DNA of 64,000 nucleotides from an uncultured Hormoscilla sp. (GTDB taxonomy: Bacteria; Cyanobacteriota; Cyanobacteriia; Cyanobacteriales; Desertifilaceae), in the NCBI GenBank assembly GCA_963921275.4, contig OZ001293.3, forward strand, positions 1,504,001-1,568,000. The letters run 5' to 3'. Below the pieces are notes generated by a model that was not told the DNA's origin, searched no databases, and saw nothing but the letters and a program-made list of their open reading frames with translations. Below are positions 46,111 through 58,461 of this stretch, one piece after another. Every line of letters begins with the position of its first letter. Position 1 is the stretch's first letter. The position numbers were made by a program, and so were the translations under genes.

Positions 46111-46227
46111 GTTCAGTTGGATTAATTTTTTTCTTTTTTGCTCGATTGACCCCAAAGACAATTCATGTTTATGGGGTCAGTTCTCGATGTCGGTTGTCAG
46201 ATGTCGGTTTCAGTTATCCACCAACCG

Positions 46228-47154
46228 CTAATTACCTTCAAACCTCGCCAACAATTCTTCACGAGACAATTCCAGCAGTATCGGGGTATATTCTGGTGCC
46301 GATAATGTTAATAATGCTGGGATAATTGCTTCCAGTTGCGGATCGATTTCACCAAAGCGCATACGCAGGATACTTTCGATCGTGTACTGGCGTTCCCTCA
46401 TAAGTTGCTGGAGACCTTGCTGGAGACCTTGCTCGGTAGCTGTTTCCAGTCGTTTTAAGTACACGGGAGATAATTTCATAATCAAATCTTCGTCATCTGT
46501 ATCCAAATCTGCTTCATTCCGTTGACGTGCTTCTAAGACAAAAAGCAGGTCATACACTAATTCTAGCGTATTCTCTCGTAATGGGTTATCCTCTGAGAGT
46601 GCTTCTAGTTCCCTCATTGCTTGTTCTTGAACCTTACCCCTCCCTAAAATTCGCAACCACATTGTTTCTGGGGTACGGGGCAGTTGATGAATAGCTATCA
46701 GACCGGTTTTCAAGCCTTCTCCCAAAGAATATATGCCACTCATCCCAATTGCTGTATCCGGTTGGGCCGGAAAGCTTTGCAGCATTTCCTGAGAAATTGT
46801 CGGAGTTATTATCCACACCTGAGGGTATTCCGCTTCTGCTATGGTCACATTTTCGCGCCTGGCCCGGCGTGCTAATAAAGAATGATAGTCATACATTTTC
46901 CCCATACATTCGCGAATTTCATTTTTTTCGACAGCATTGCGGAATACCTCAAAACCCGCGGCACCTTTAACCGCCAGTTGTCCCAGTAAACCTATCTGTT
47001 CCGCCTTGGAGGCCGCGTCAGCAGCAGGGATAAAGAACACATCTATTTGTCTGACTTCCGATGTAATTTTTTTGCTGATTTCTACCTCTCCCAGGAGATT
47101 TAATAATTCCCAGAGATATTGTTTGGCAAATTGATCGTGGACTAAGCGAGTCAT
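46228..47154 (-). CDS. Rpn-like/DUF4351-type conserved cyanobacterial protein
   Basis: MTR..HDQFAKQYL, RQIDVFF and WLRILGRG motifs. Confidence 0.8.
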   Translation of the reverse strand: MTRLVHDQFAKQYLWELLNLLGEVEISKKITSEVRQIDVFFIPAADAASKAEQIGLLGQLAVKGAAGFEVFRNAVEKNEIRECMGKMYDYHSLLARRARRENVTIAEAEYPQVWIITPTISQEMLQSFPAQPDTAIGMSGIYSLGEGLKTGLIAIHQLPRTPETMWLRILGRGKVQEQAMRELEALSEDNPLRENTLELVYDLLFVLEARQRNEADLDTDDEDLIMKLSPVYLKRLETATEQGLQQGLQQLMRERQYTIESILRMRFGEIDPQLEAIIPALLTLSAPEYTPILLELSREELLARFEGN

Positions 47155-47598
47155 TTATTGTAGCATCATGTCTGATTAATACCCATCATTATCTCATCTG
47201 TAGGTTTGGTTGACCCACGTTACCCAAGGAATAAAGAATAAATTTTATCGCAATCTGGACTATTGAGAATAGTTACTATTTTTGGGATTAAGGACAAGGC
47301 AGGCTGGTTGTTGGAAATTACGGCGGCGATCGCCCTATTGCTGATACAGAGGCTTACGTATTTAACCGGTGTGACAATGGCCGATCGCTCTAGTATCACC
47401 GGCACATGCACAGAGTTGATACCTGCCTCCTTGCCAAGCTTTGTCTATGAACCGGTGGTTGCTGCTGCCCGATGAGCGATCGCCTTAATGGGCGACAGCT
47501 TATGCTATAGTAGAAGAATGGCACTGAAATCAACTTGTCAGTGGTCAGCGGTCAGCGGTCAGTGGTTAGTAGATGAGTAATTAGCATTAGCAACAGGA

Positions 47599-49394
47599 AT
47601 GAGAAAAAGACGAAATTTGTGGTTATTTGTATTGAGTTTGGCATGCGTGCTGCTGATCCAAGTCCATGCGATCGCCAAAAAGCATGTGAATGCAGAAGTA
47701 GGGGTAAAGCAAGTAGCAAATCTAGAGGAAATAGAGAAAAAGGTAGAGGCCGTGCCCCCCGGGTTTTCGCCGTGCGTCCGGGGGGCACGGGAGGAAAGTG
47801 ATGAAGAAGGGCAGCTAAAACGATTTGAGGAAGTAGTCAAAGATGCCGAGAAGTTAGAGGGTTTATTCACAGTTTACCGCCAGGATAAAAAAGGTAAACT
47901 ATATCTAGAAATAAAGCCAGAACAGCTGGATAAAAACTACCTGGGGGTGATAACGCTATCCACAGGTATAGGGGAGGCCGGGATATTAAAGGGCATGCCG
48001 ATCAGGGAAATATTGTTTCAATTTCGTCGGTTACAGAACAAAGTGTAGTTTGTGGTTCCGAATATCAACTTTAGGGGGAGTGAAGACGATCGGGTGCAGC
48101 GAACGATCTCTCGATCGTTTAGCGACTCAGTGCTGTACAGCATAAAAATAGAAAGTATTCATCCAGAACGAAAGACATTGCTGATCGATCTGGGGAGTCT
48201 GATGCTAGGACAAAGAGACATAGGTAATTTGTCATCGGTAGTGAGAAAAATGTTAGGAAATAGACAGAAATAAATCCTATTTCGGCGAGGCCAAAGCCTT
48301 TCCATTAAATGTAGAGATAGAGTCAGTTTACGGGTTTAAGAGTGCGTCCGGTGCAGGTGCAGATATTCCCAGCTTGCCAGACAGTCGGGCCTTTAGCCTA
48401 TCAGTACATTATAGTCTGTCAGAACTGCCAGTCAATAACGGCTACCGTCCCCGGGTGGCGGACGAACGGGTGGGCTATTTTGTGACAGCATACAAGGACT
48501 TAGGCAACGATAACCGGAAAGATCCATTTGTGCGTTACATCAACCGCTGGCATCTGGAGAAAAAAGATCCATATTCGCCGCTGTCGCCGCCGAAACAGCC
48601 GATCGTATTTTGGATTGAAAATACGGTGCCAGATGAATACCGGGAGGCGATCGCTCGAGGCGTGCTAATGTGGAATCGGGCATTTGAAAAGGCAGGTTTC
48701 TCGAATGCGATCGAGGTGCGGCAGATGCCAGATGATGCTCAATGGAACCCGGAGGACGTGCGCTACAATACGATCCGCTGGACGACTGCCCTTTGAGGTG
48801 ATTCCGGTGCAGAAACAAAGGGAGGCATTGAGTGCTATTGCAGAGTACGTGTTTGCATCAGATGCCTTTCAATTTTCACCCCAACTGTTGAATCAGTTAG
48901 CACCGTCCCGCTGGTGGCACTGGGGAACAGTTCCCGCCGTGTTCCGACTGGATTATCCGATTAGCGATCGCCTGTTTTTCGTGCAACGGGTAGTGTTGCG
49001 ATCGCTCTTAGCGGCACCGCGTTTGAGCAGGATGCGAGACTTAGAATTGAAGGCAGCACCCGAAGAGGTCTTGATGCTGCCTGAATTATTTGATACATTG
49101 CAAAACAGTATTTGGACAGAAGTAGCGCAAAAGGACCAAGAGAATATTTCCAGTATCCGCAGATCCTTACAGCGAGAGTATGTAGAAATATTAAGTGCAA
49201 TGGTGCTCCGTAAATCCCGAGTTCCTGAAGATGCACGCACCCTGGCATGGTATCATTTAGGTCAACTGCGTTCGGACATCGACAAGACCTTGAGAAGAAG
49301 GGGCCGGAGTTTCGATACCTATACCAAGGCCCATTTGGCCAAAACCCGCGATCGCATTGACAAAACCTTGTCTGCCCCCCTACAATCCAATTAA
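47599..49394 (+). pseudogene. Zinc-dependent metalloprotease (DUF5117/DUF4953 type) with stop, frameshift and deletion
   Basis: GYRPR.ADERVGYF, YINRW.LEK, WNRAFEKAGF and DVRYNTIRW motifs; TAG at 48046; no HExxH segment. Confidence 0.85.
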
Positions 49395-49474
49395 TTTTGT
49401 GAATGGCTAATTGTTAATTGCGAATGGCTAATTGCGAATGGCAATGAACAACTATCAACAAAGAAGGGAAAATC

Positions 49475-49789
49475 ATGGATTTAGGAATCATAGCAGCGAT
49501 CGGGTATGGAGTGCTGGCCCTGGGAGGTGGTATCATGGGATACGTGAAAGTCAAGAGCAAGATTTCTCTAATTTCCGGTACCGTTACCGGTTTATTGCTG
49601 CTGGTAGCTGGGGCGATGCAATTAATGGGAATGTCAGTGGGGCTAATTTTAGCCGAAGTAGTAACAGGGATCTTAATAATTACATTTGGAATGCGGTTGT
49701 TCAAAACCGGCAAATTTATGCCTGCCGGGTTGATGATTATAGCTGGTGTGGTAGCCTTAGGGGCGATGCTTTCCCCGATGTTTATTTAA
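49475..49789 (+). CDS. TMEM14 family small membrane protein
   Basis: GGIMGY.K..SKISL.SG and KFMPAGL motifs. Confidence 0.9.
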   Translation: MDLGIIAAIGYGVLALGGGIMGYVKVKSKISLISGTVTGLLLLVAGAMQLMGMSVGLILAEVVTGILIITFGMRLFKTGKFMPAGLMIIAGVVALGAMLSPMFI

Positions 49790-50113
49790 GTGCTGGTCGT
49801 GCCGCCTACAATGGCAAATCCAATCTAAAACCAGGTAGAACATTTTCCCCAGATAAGCTGAGAAACCCGGTAAGTTAAGAGTTACCGGGTTTCTGGATCT
49901 TCGGTTTATTTATACCTGCCTACTTACCACCCCTGATCGCCATCGGGTGCCTTGCCACCACTGGCGATCGCTCTGCAATTCTTCACATAAGCGAATCCAG
50001 CTGCCGATTTTGCAGCTGGATTCGCGTGAGAATATGGCGGTTAATGCCGCGAGTTTCCCTTTACTTCGACCAATAATGAATCCTGCTTCGACGTTTTCCT
50101 TACCCTGCTTCCG

Positions 50114-50449
50114 CTAGGAATAAGTGAAGTTTTTTAAGGAAAACTGCTTGCTATCAGCTGTTGCCAACGCCTCACCGTTTTCTTTTTGATAGGTCGTTTC
50201 TGGTTGCTCAAAACCCTCTTGCCTGCCATGACTGTACGACCAGCCCCACCTATAAATACACGGCCCTATCTCCCCTGGGACAAGAGCTCTAGCAGAGATA
50301 TCGAAGTACCTGCATGTCCAAGGATTACTACAGAACAGCGCAAATTCCCCATTATTTACCCTGTTTTGAGCTACGGAGGTAGCACCCGTAATAGCTAGCA
50401 TGGTAGTTGCAATCGAAGTAGCTATCAAGCTTTTCTTGTTGATTTTCAT
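50114..50449 (-). CDS. Hypothetical secreted protein, possibly truncated
   Basis: Signal-peptide-like N-terminus. Confidence 0.45.
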   Translation of the reverse strand: MKINKKSLIATSIATTMLAITGATSVAQNRVNNGEFALFCSNPWTCRYFDISARALVPGEIGPCIYRWGWSYSHGRQEGFEQPETTYQKENGEALATADSKQFSLKNFTYS

Positions 50450-51489
50450 GTTTTTCATAGGTTATCAACCTCTAACTTCCCTGATTTGTTTTATCCTATT
50501 CGGACCGAACGCCCGCCTCGACATCGGTGGGTCGTTTTTGGGCAGTACCGCCGACAGTCTACTGTTTGATGATGGTAGCTTCTACAGTGCTACCAATCCA
50601 GAAGCACGGCCATTACTGACGATTAATGTTCCCATCGGTTTGCAGTTGGGACCGAACTCTGGTTCAATTCGAGTGCTGGGACCAGGACATAATCTGACCC
50701 AACAAAGTTTCGCCGTGATTCGAGACAACAGACCTACCGGTGTAGCAGTAGCACCAGGCAATACCTTAGTTGGTCATGAAGTTCATCTCGAAGGAGGTAA
50801 TCTTACTGCTATTGATGGACGAGTCGAACTGGGTGGGGTAGTCGAAGGGAGGGTAGAAATTGTCCCAGCATCAGGCGGTTTGAAATACGACTGTGCTATC
50901 TCCAAAGGAGACATTCGGCTGTCTGGGGCTGCATCGATAGATGCAAGTGGTGCTGGGGGTACAGTGCAGTTAGTGGGACGACAGATTCAGTTGCGAGAAG
51001 CTGCGGCGATCGTTTCCAATGCCACTGGCCCTGCTGATAGTGGTCCGTTTGTCGTGTGTGCCACCGAGTCAGTGGAAATGATTGGAGATTCAAACCCAGA
51101 AGCCTTCCCCACTGGTTTGTTCAATCAAGTGGAACAGGATGCCACTGGCAACAGTGGTGAACTAACGATCGTCACGGGGCGGTTGAGGATCGCGGATGGG
51201 GCCCTGGTGATTAACAGTACGGCAGGACTTGGGAGTACAGATCCTCTCCAGGTGACGGCAGATGTGGTGGAACTCAGCGGGAACCAGGGAATTAATGTAT
51301 CGGGTTTGTATTCTCAGGTGCTTCCCCTTGCTACGGGAGGCAACTCTGGGAACATGACAATTTTTACTGGACGCCTGCTACTTCTTGATGGCGGCGTCAT
51401 TAGTACAGGTACCTTTGGGGAGGGAAATGCAGGAGATTTAATAATTCGAGCAACTGAGTCCGTAGAACTGAGAGGTATAGATTCGGGCA

Positions 51490-52432
51490 GTGCGAATCGT
51501 TTTGGCGTAAGTCTGAAATATGGCGATCGCCGGGCTGGTTAATACCAGCAACTCTGGTCATCATGGGGGTTCAATTCCCCTTCCCCCAGGTACGGGAGTG
51601 ACCGCGTGAGGTGCTGCGGAGTAACATTACCGTGGTGCCTCCCGAGGACAAATGTAGGATAAGGTCTCAGCCCAGAGACCGACGCCGCATGGCTGCGCCA
51701 CGCTGCGCGATCGGAAAGAGGCTCATGGTTAGAGCAAGCGAATCCCTGTAAGCATCGTCATCTTAAACAAGCGAAAAGAGGCTGACACGCTTGGTGCAAA
51801 ATGCGCACGCAGTCCGCGTATCAGTGGTTGCACGTCACTGATATCGTACCCGAAATGACTGCCGGTGTATAGGGGAGACCTAAAAGCCTCGTGAAATGAT
51901 ACCAGGGAACGTTCCGGACAAGAGCGGTGCTGTCCAGATGGACAAGTCAGATGTGCGTCCGCGTAGCGTGCGCGCAGCGCCTAGCGCATGCCCGCGTGGG
52001 GAGGGAGGTCCTAAGAAGCTAATGCCCGGGGTAATGCCTGTGGATATGCAGACGTAGGACGGATATGGTAAAAAGCTCTAGGAGATAGTAGCCCTCTAAA
52101 CGTGCTTAACCAGTGGCAACACTAGGTAGTAATGATGGACTGAAATCCTAACCGGGTAAAAAATTTAGAGGCCCCATACGGGCACCTGTTAGTAAAGAAC
52201 GGTCATAGTGGTTTTCTAGTTCTCCCCCGTAAACCTTCCGGAGTTAGGTACTCAACTAGTTCATGACTGACCATAAAGGGGCTATATTTCATAGGGCAAG
52301 GGACAACGGGAGTAATCCCTAGTAATCCTACCCGTGACAAGGGTTTACCAACCAGTAGCCGTGTGCGGTGAAAGTCGCTCTTCAGGTTCCGAATGGGAGG
52401 ATTGTCCCGCGAGGGACAGCTCGACCCCGACC
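51490..52432 (+). ncRNA. ORF-less group II intron (intron 4), domain V partly mutated
   Basis: GTGCGAATCGTT start; EBS1 TGCACG (51829-51834) vs exon CGGGCA; DV 3' arm GCTCTTCAGG; ends CTCGACCCCGAC(C). Confidence 0.9.
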
Positions 52433-52682
52433 ACTTATTTGGTGAAACCCTGGTGAGAGAGTCTAGCAGCATTTTCAGTACTGGCGGTTTTTCTCCTGGC
52501 AGCAGTAAGCTGCCCGACACGGTCACGGGCAGGGCAGGCAAGATCATGATCGATACGGGACAGTTAATCCTCTCAGATGGTGCTTTAATTGTGTCGTCAA
52601 CTGCCAGAAATCAGGACGGTGGCAACTTAACAATTCGAGCCACTGATTCCGTAATCCTTAGAGGAAACAATCCCTCTGCTAA

Positions 52683-54372
52683 GGTGATTTATGAAAAAGA
52701 AAGTACCAGCCGAAACAAGTACATAAAAATTCAAAAACATGTGTTAGGCGGATGTTTTGCACGTCACGGGAGAGTCGCATAAATAACTTAACAAAAATTT
52801 ACAGCCGTTGCGCTGCGCTCACCTACTTATCCTTAAAAGGTTATAATTGAGCAAAAGGAAGTCTGTGGATTACTAGATGAGTCAAGCTCTTTCCCCCCAA
52901 GAATTAAGTTCTGAGCAAATTGCTGACATTCATTTGGCAACGCGCGAAGATGCATGGAGCAGAGCGCCGATAGCGCTGCGCTGGGGGCGCAGCCATGCTT
53001 TTCAGGCTGAAATGGCAATCAAATACTGTCGAGGAAGTGCTCGTCAAAGTGAGAGAGTGTTTGGCTGGAAACAAACCGCTGTCGCTTTGGGACTAGCAGA
53101 ACGGCGAACAGGCATTACCTGTGTGGGAGCCCAGTCAGCCCATAGCGGCAGAAAACCCTGGGAAGAAAAGTATCCCTCAGCAGCCGAAGCTCTACGGCAG
53201 TTAGCTGAAGCTCATGTCCAACAGCGATCCACTTTTAACAGCACCATCGGCTATACCAGCGGAGGTGCAACTGAAGCGATCGCACAATTAAAAGTTCTCG
53301 AATTTCCAGCAATTACCCGGGAGCATCTCAATGCAAGCCTTTTGGCATTAAACACTGCTAATTGCTAATGGGTGCATCTAAATTTAGCTTTCGATATCTC
53401 TGCTCCTTGCTCTTGTCCCAGGGGACTCGGCACACAGGAGACATCGCGTCTTCAAAAATTATCAGGAATTACTAATCCCTCCTTATCTTCGGAGTCCCCC
53501 TTGTCCCCCTTGTCCCCCTTGTCCCCCTTCTTTTTGCTTCTATGAGATGCACCCAATTACCCTCTGTCAGCACTATGGCGGAGGTACTTAATCCTATGGG
53601 CTATCGCCTGGATCCAGTGGTGAAAGCAAAGCCTCAAAAAACAATTCTCCTTACTGATGCAATCTTTGACAATATCAAAGCTAAAGCTAAAGAGCTATCC
53701 TCTGAATATACCTCATGTCAAGTCAGACGTTTGTCTGTAGACTCTAAAGCCACTGTCAAGCTTGGCGATTATTCTCCTGGGGGTTTGACACGAGGAAATA
53801 CTCAAGCAGCAGACCATGATATGGGGAGTAAAGAAGCCGATATTCCCAAAGGAATCCTTGAGGAAGATAGTGGGCAACTTTTCATTACTTTTGGTAGCGA
53901 CTATAAAACTAGCGACTGAGAGCGTTGATTGTTTTGAAGAATGGTGGCAATGTCCACCCAAGAGCAAAAAGACTGTGAATTGATTCAAGGAAAAATTGAC
54001 AACATAAAGTAGTGGTGTAAGGACTCAATTTCTCAAGGAAATGGTGGAATAAGTTGACACAATTGGCAAGACCATTCAATTACTCTACTATCCCCCTTAC
54101 CATAGCAAGTATAATCCCATTGAACGCTGTTGGGGCCTTCTCTCATGGGAATGGAACCTTGCTGTCAGATGTTGAAACTATGCTGGGCGTCTAGTATGAC
54201 TTGGAAGGGACTTCATCCGATTGTTAACTTGAGCTTGAAGCTTTACCAAAAAGGAATTTCCGTGATCCTTAAAAGCGATGCGCTCGATTGAAAAACGACT
54301 TGAAGGTAATCCCCTTTTGCCTAAATGGGACATTCTGATTCGTCCCGGGTACTTTCTTTTCTGTAAATCACC
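52683..54372 (+). mobile_element. ISAzo13-family element with degenerate transposase
   Basis: IRs GGTGATTTA..(A/G)AAAAGAAAGTACC; 3-bp TSD TAA; SVDSKA and YYPPYHSKYNPIERCWG motifs. Confidence 0.88.
53319..53554. mobile_element. 236-bp MITE with ISKra4-like ends nested in ISAzo13
   Basis: Ends GGGAGCATCTC and GAGATGCACCC; 8-bp TSD AATTACCC. Confidence 0.8.
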
Positions 54373-55796
54373 TAACCCTTTCAGGGAAACGAAAAGCTCT
54401 TTCTTGTCGTCAGGAGTCAATTCACTGTCATTGAGTGGAAATCCATTTCGACCCAGAGCTAATGGCGGTGATATTACTATCGACACGGGATGGTTAATCC
54501 TTGCCGATGGGGCGCGGATATCTGCGGAGACTCAAGGGATTGGCAATGCAGGGAATTTGTCCATCCGGGCCTCTGAGGGAGTACAGTTGAGGGGAGTTGA
54601 CAATGAGGGTCAGGGCAGTTCCTTGCTTACCACAGTCTCACAAAGCGCGATCGGGGATGCGGGAGCCATCACCATAGAAACAGACAGGTTAATGGTCGCT
54701 GATGGGGCGAGCATTTTATCGGAGACTCTGGGCAACGGCAATAGCGGTAATGTAGTAGTACGGGCCCAGTTTTTGCGCGCTCAAAATCAGTCCCAACTCA
54801 GTGTCAGCTCGCAAATACCAGAGAATTTTGGGGCGGGGACTTTGGAGATTGTGGCGGACAAAATAGAACTGGAAAATCAAGCTAGTTTCCGGGCCGAAAC
54901 AGCAGCAGGCGATCGGGGGAACATTAACGTCGAAAGCCAAGATTTGCGATTGCGCCGCGATGCCTTTATCAGCACGAACGCTACCGGAACGGCAACGGGG
55001 GGCAATATTACCATCAATGCTGATACGATCGTCAGTTTGTCGAACAGCGATATTAGCGCCAATGCTATACAAGGATCGGGGGGAAATATATTTATTGGGA
55101 CTTCTGGGATATTTCTATCTCCTGATAGCGAAATAACGGCTACTTCTGAGTTTGGGGTGACGGGAACGGTGACCATCTTCAACCCCGAGGCGGATACTAG
55201 TGGTGGGTTATTGAAGCTGCCAGAAAACCCAGTTGATGCGTCCAGTCTGCTGGGAAAAGACTTCTGTGAAGTGAGTAAAGATAGCTCTTTCATCATTACT
55301 GGACGAGGTGGCATACCTGCGAATCCCCACGACTATCTCTCTCCTAACTCTGTGAGGGTTAACTTGGTGGATCCGGTAATCTCTGATGATTCTGCCACAT
55401 CATCTTCAGAAAATGTCTCTCGTCGAAGAGTGCGACCTGAAGTCAATTGGAAAAGGGAAAGGCCGATTGTCGAAACCACAGGTTTTGTGCAACATCCCGA
55501 TGGGACGATCGAGCTAGTTGCCGATGCGTCCGCTGGGCCAAGTGTGTTAAAACCCGTTAATTGTCATGATTTAGCAAGAGATGGCTAACGAACGCTCTCC
55601 TTTTTTTAACAGGAGTTACCGCACAAGTTTAACCATCGCGACAGGCGATCGCCCCATTAGGGTGCTGCTATCATCTAATACCAATGCCAAGATGCTAATG
55701 ACTAATATCTATTCTCTATTCTTGTATTATATCAACATATTAATCAATGTAAATGGACTGAATATAAAAGGCGCTCGCGCCATCTCAGACAAAAGA

Positions 55797-58300
55797 TTAA
55801 TCAGCTTCGCCAATGAGAGTGAAAGCTGCCCAGTCTTCGGGGTTGGGGTATTGTTGCATGGTGGCGAGAATTGCCTGACGCAGGGCTTGGGCTTTATCGG
55901 TGGTGCGCTGAAGATTTTGATAAAAGGAGACCATCAAATATTTGGTAGGGTCATCGAGGACTTTCCACAGAGAGACGACTAAACTGGGAACCCCTGCGGC
56001 AATAAAAGAACGAGATAGTCCAATCACCCCATCGCCACTGATGCGCCCCCGGCCCCTGTCGCAGGCACTCAGCACTACAAGTTCAGCAGTTAACTTCAAA
56101 TTGATGATTTCTCGCGCTGTCAAAAAGCCATCCTCTTTACCAGAAGGGGTGAAGGTAAGGGCACTTTGAAAGCCTCCAATTTTATCCAGCAAGCCATGAG
56201 TAGCCAAGTGAATATGCCTTGCATCTACCATCTGTTGTACTACTGCCGGTTCTGTAGCTTGGCTGCCAATCAGGGGTTGACTGCCCAGCAAGGAAGCGAT
56301 CGCCTTTGCTTCTGCTTCGGCCCCAGGCAAACTAGATAGCTGTTTCATGGGCTCATTGAGCCTAGTCTGCAAACTGGGCATGGCAGGATTGCCTACCACC
56401 AAATTCTGTCCCGAACTGCTTTGTGGCAAGCGTTGTCGTTGTTGGCGAGTTAAGTCCAGCACTTGAATTGCTGGTGCTGTCAGGAGCGTATGCTTTTCAA
56501 TCAGATATTTGTTGTTGGCATCCAGCAAAGCCGGAAAAGGTACCAGAAATAAGCCATCTTGAGGGATAAGGTAACGCGGGCTTCTGGGTTTGGGGGCAGC
56601 AAATCAGCAATAGGTGCAATCAAAACTTGATGCAGTTGCTGGAGTTGTTGTTTGTGTCGGCAAGACCGACGCCAGAAGCAACGGGCCCGAGAAATTACTT
56701 TTGTTAAGGTATTATCCAGCTGGCTGAGGTTGCTGCGACGAAAGGTGATTTTACCATCAGGCTGAATTACCCAAATATACAGGCCGATCGCCCGAGGTGG
56801 CGATTTACTAAATTTGAGCAAACTTTGCCTGGGGCGATCGTAGATAACGGAGTATTGCACCAAAGTCGAATTCTGGGCTTTAGCAATGTCTCGCAGTTGG
56901 CCGATAGTTGGCGCAGGTGCGAGGGATTGAGATTTGGGGTCAGCCCCTAAATTAAGGGTTAATAAATCCACAAAAGCACGGGCGCGACCTGCTTCTGCAA
57001 GCACTAAAGCTTCATCAGTGCGGTTTTGAGCCACTAACATTTCTTGCTGGGTCCGGTAGATATCCGATGCCCATTCCCGGATGTTAATATTCAGGTCATC
57101 CCGACTCATCGCGAACAGATTAGTATTGCCCAATACTTGGCTTAGCAAGCGGGCGTGAATTTTCAGGGCAGACTCTAAATTTCGGCCAGCCGCTGTAAAC
57201 TTCCCTGCCCGAAATTGAATAGTGCCTAAATGTCCTAAGGCCCAGGCTTGAGAAATATCAGCATCCCCTGCAGATTCCTGGTTCATCTCTTGATAAAGCC
57301 CGAGACTTTGCTTTTGTAAATCGATCGCCTTTGGATAATTTTCCAGATGGGCGTAGGTGCGGCTGAGATAATCTAGAGATTAAGCTTGCCGGAATTGGCT
57401 CAAATATTGGTTGTCGCTATTTTTGGCGATCACCAAACTTTCTGCTAACAGAGAAATCACCTTCTGAGAGTCACCCAAGGGGGCATAGAGTAGGGCCAAT
57501 TGTTGCAATGCTTGCCATTGACCTTGGATGTCTCCCCCCTGTCGCGCCAACTGCAACGCTTGTGTTTGAGATGCGATCGCCCGGTCAGCTTCATTAATCA
57601 CGTGAGACCAACTACTTTGGGTTTGCAGGACAATAGTTTCCAACCGAGGGTCTCCCGATGCTCGGGCAACTGCTAGCATGCGATCGAGGGTAGCTTTCAG
57701 TTTGGTTTTCTGTTTTGCTGCCCCGTAAGCACTCGCTAACTGACTTAGGGTTAACACCTCTTGCAAGGGGTCATTCAGTTCCTGCACCAAAGGTAAATAT
57801 TGTTCGTAAGCTGCAATTGCTTTTGGATATTCTGTATTTGCCAGATAAGCTAGAGCCAGCTTTCCTAAGACAATGCGTTCTATGTTGCGATCGGCACTCC
57901 CTCTTGCCAGTTGTAACTGTTCTTCGTAGAATTCGATTCCCTGGTAATCTCCCAACTTGCTGTAGGCATTACCTAGCATAGTCAGCACATTTTCTATTAT
58001 CGCATATTCTTTAATTTCCGTCGCGATCGCCCAAGCTTTTTGATAAACTGCAACTGCTTTCTGGTATTCCCCCATGTATTGATAAGCCTGTCCTACCCCT
58101 GTCCACACCCGTAATTCTTGCAGTCTCTCTCCCGATTGTCGTGCTATTGCCAAATTGCTTTCAAATTGATTAATTATTTCCCGATAATATTCTCGTAATT
58201 GTTCCGATTCTTGGGCAACAATCATCTGCCTATATCCCAAACCAAACAGTAAAACCACGAGACTAATTAATTTGATTAATGTATGATTTTTCCTTGCCAT
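55797..58300 (-). pseudogene. TPR + CHAT (caspase-like) domain protein with stop and frameshift
   Basis: TPR helices; IHLATHG, LVVLSAC and SLWKV motifs; split into three ORFs. Confidence 0.88.
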
Positions 58301-58461
58301 TTTATTTCCTCAAAAATCTTCTCAATTTTTCATTCTCAAGTTAAACATTAAGCTGTCGTTCATTTAAATTGCATAGGCCGATCTGCTGAGATCCTTGCTC
58401 TCAAAGACTTTCCCAATTTTGAATTTTGAATTTTGAATTGCTTAGGTGCCCACCCTACTAT

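Larger units (their letters stand above)
50490..55588 (+). pseudogene. Filamentous-haemagglutinin-family exoprotein, N-truncated, interrupted by a group II intron and ISAzo13
   Basis: FGPNARLDIGGSF, GNAGxLxI repeats and C-terminal SFIITGRGGIP; the frame is restored when both insertions are removed. Confidence 0.88.
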
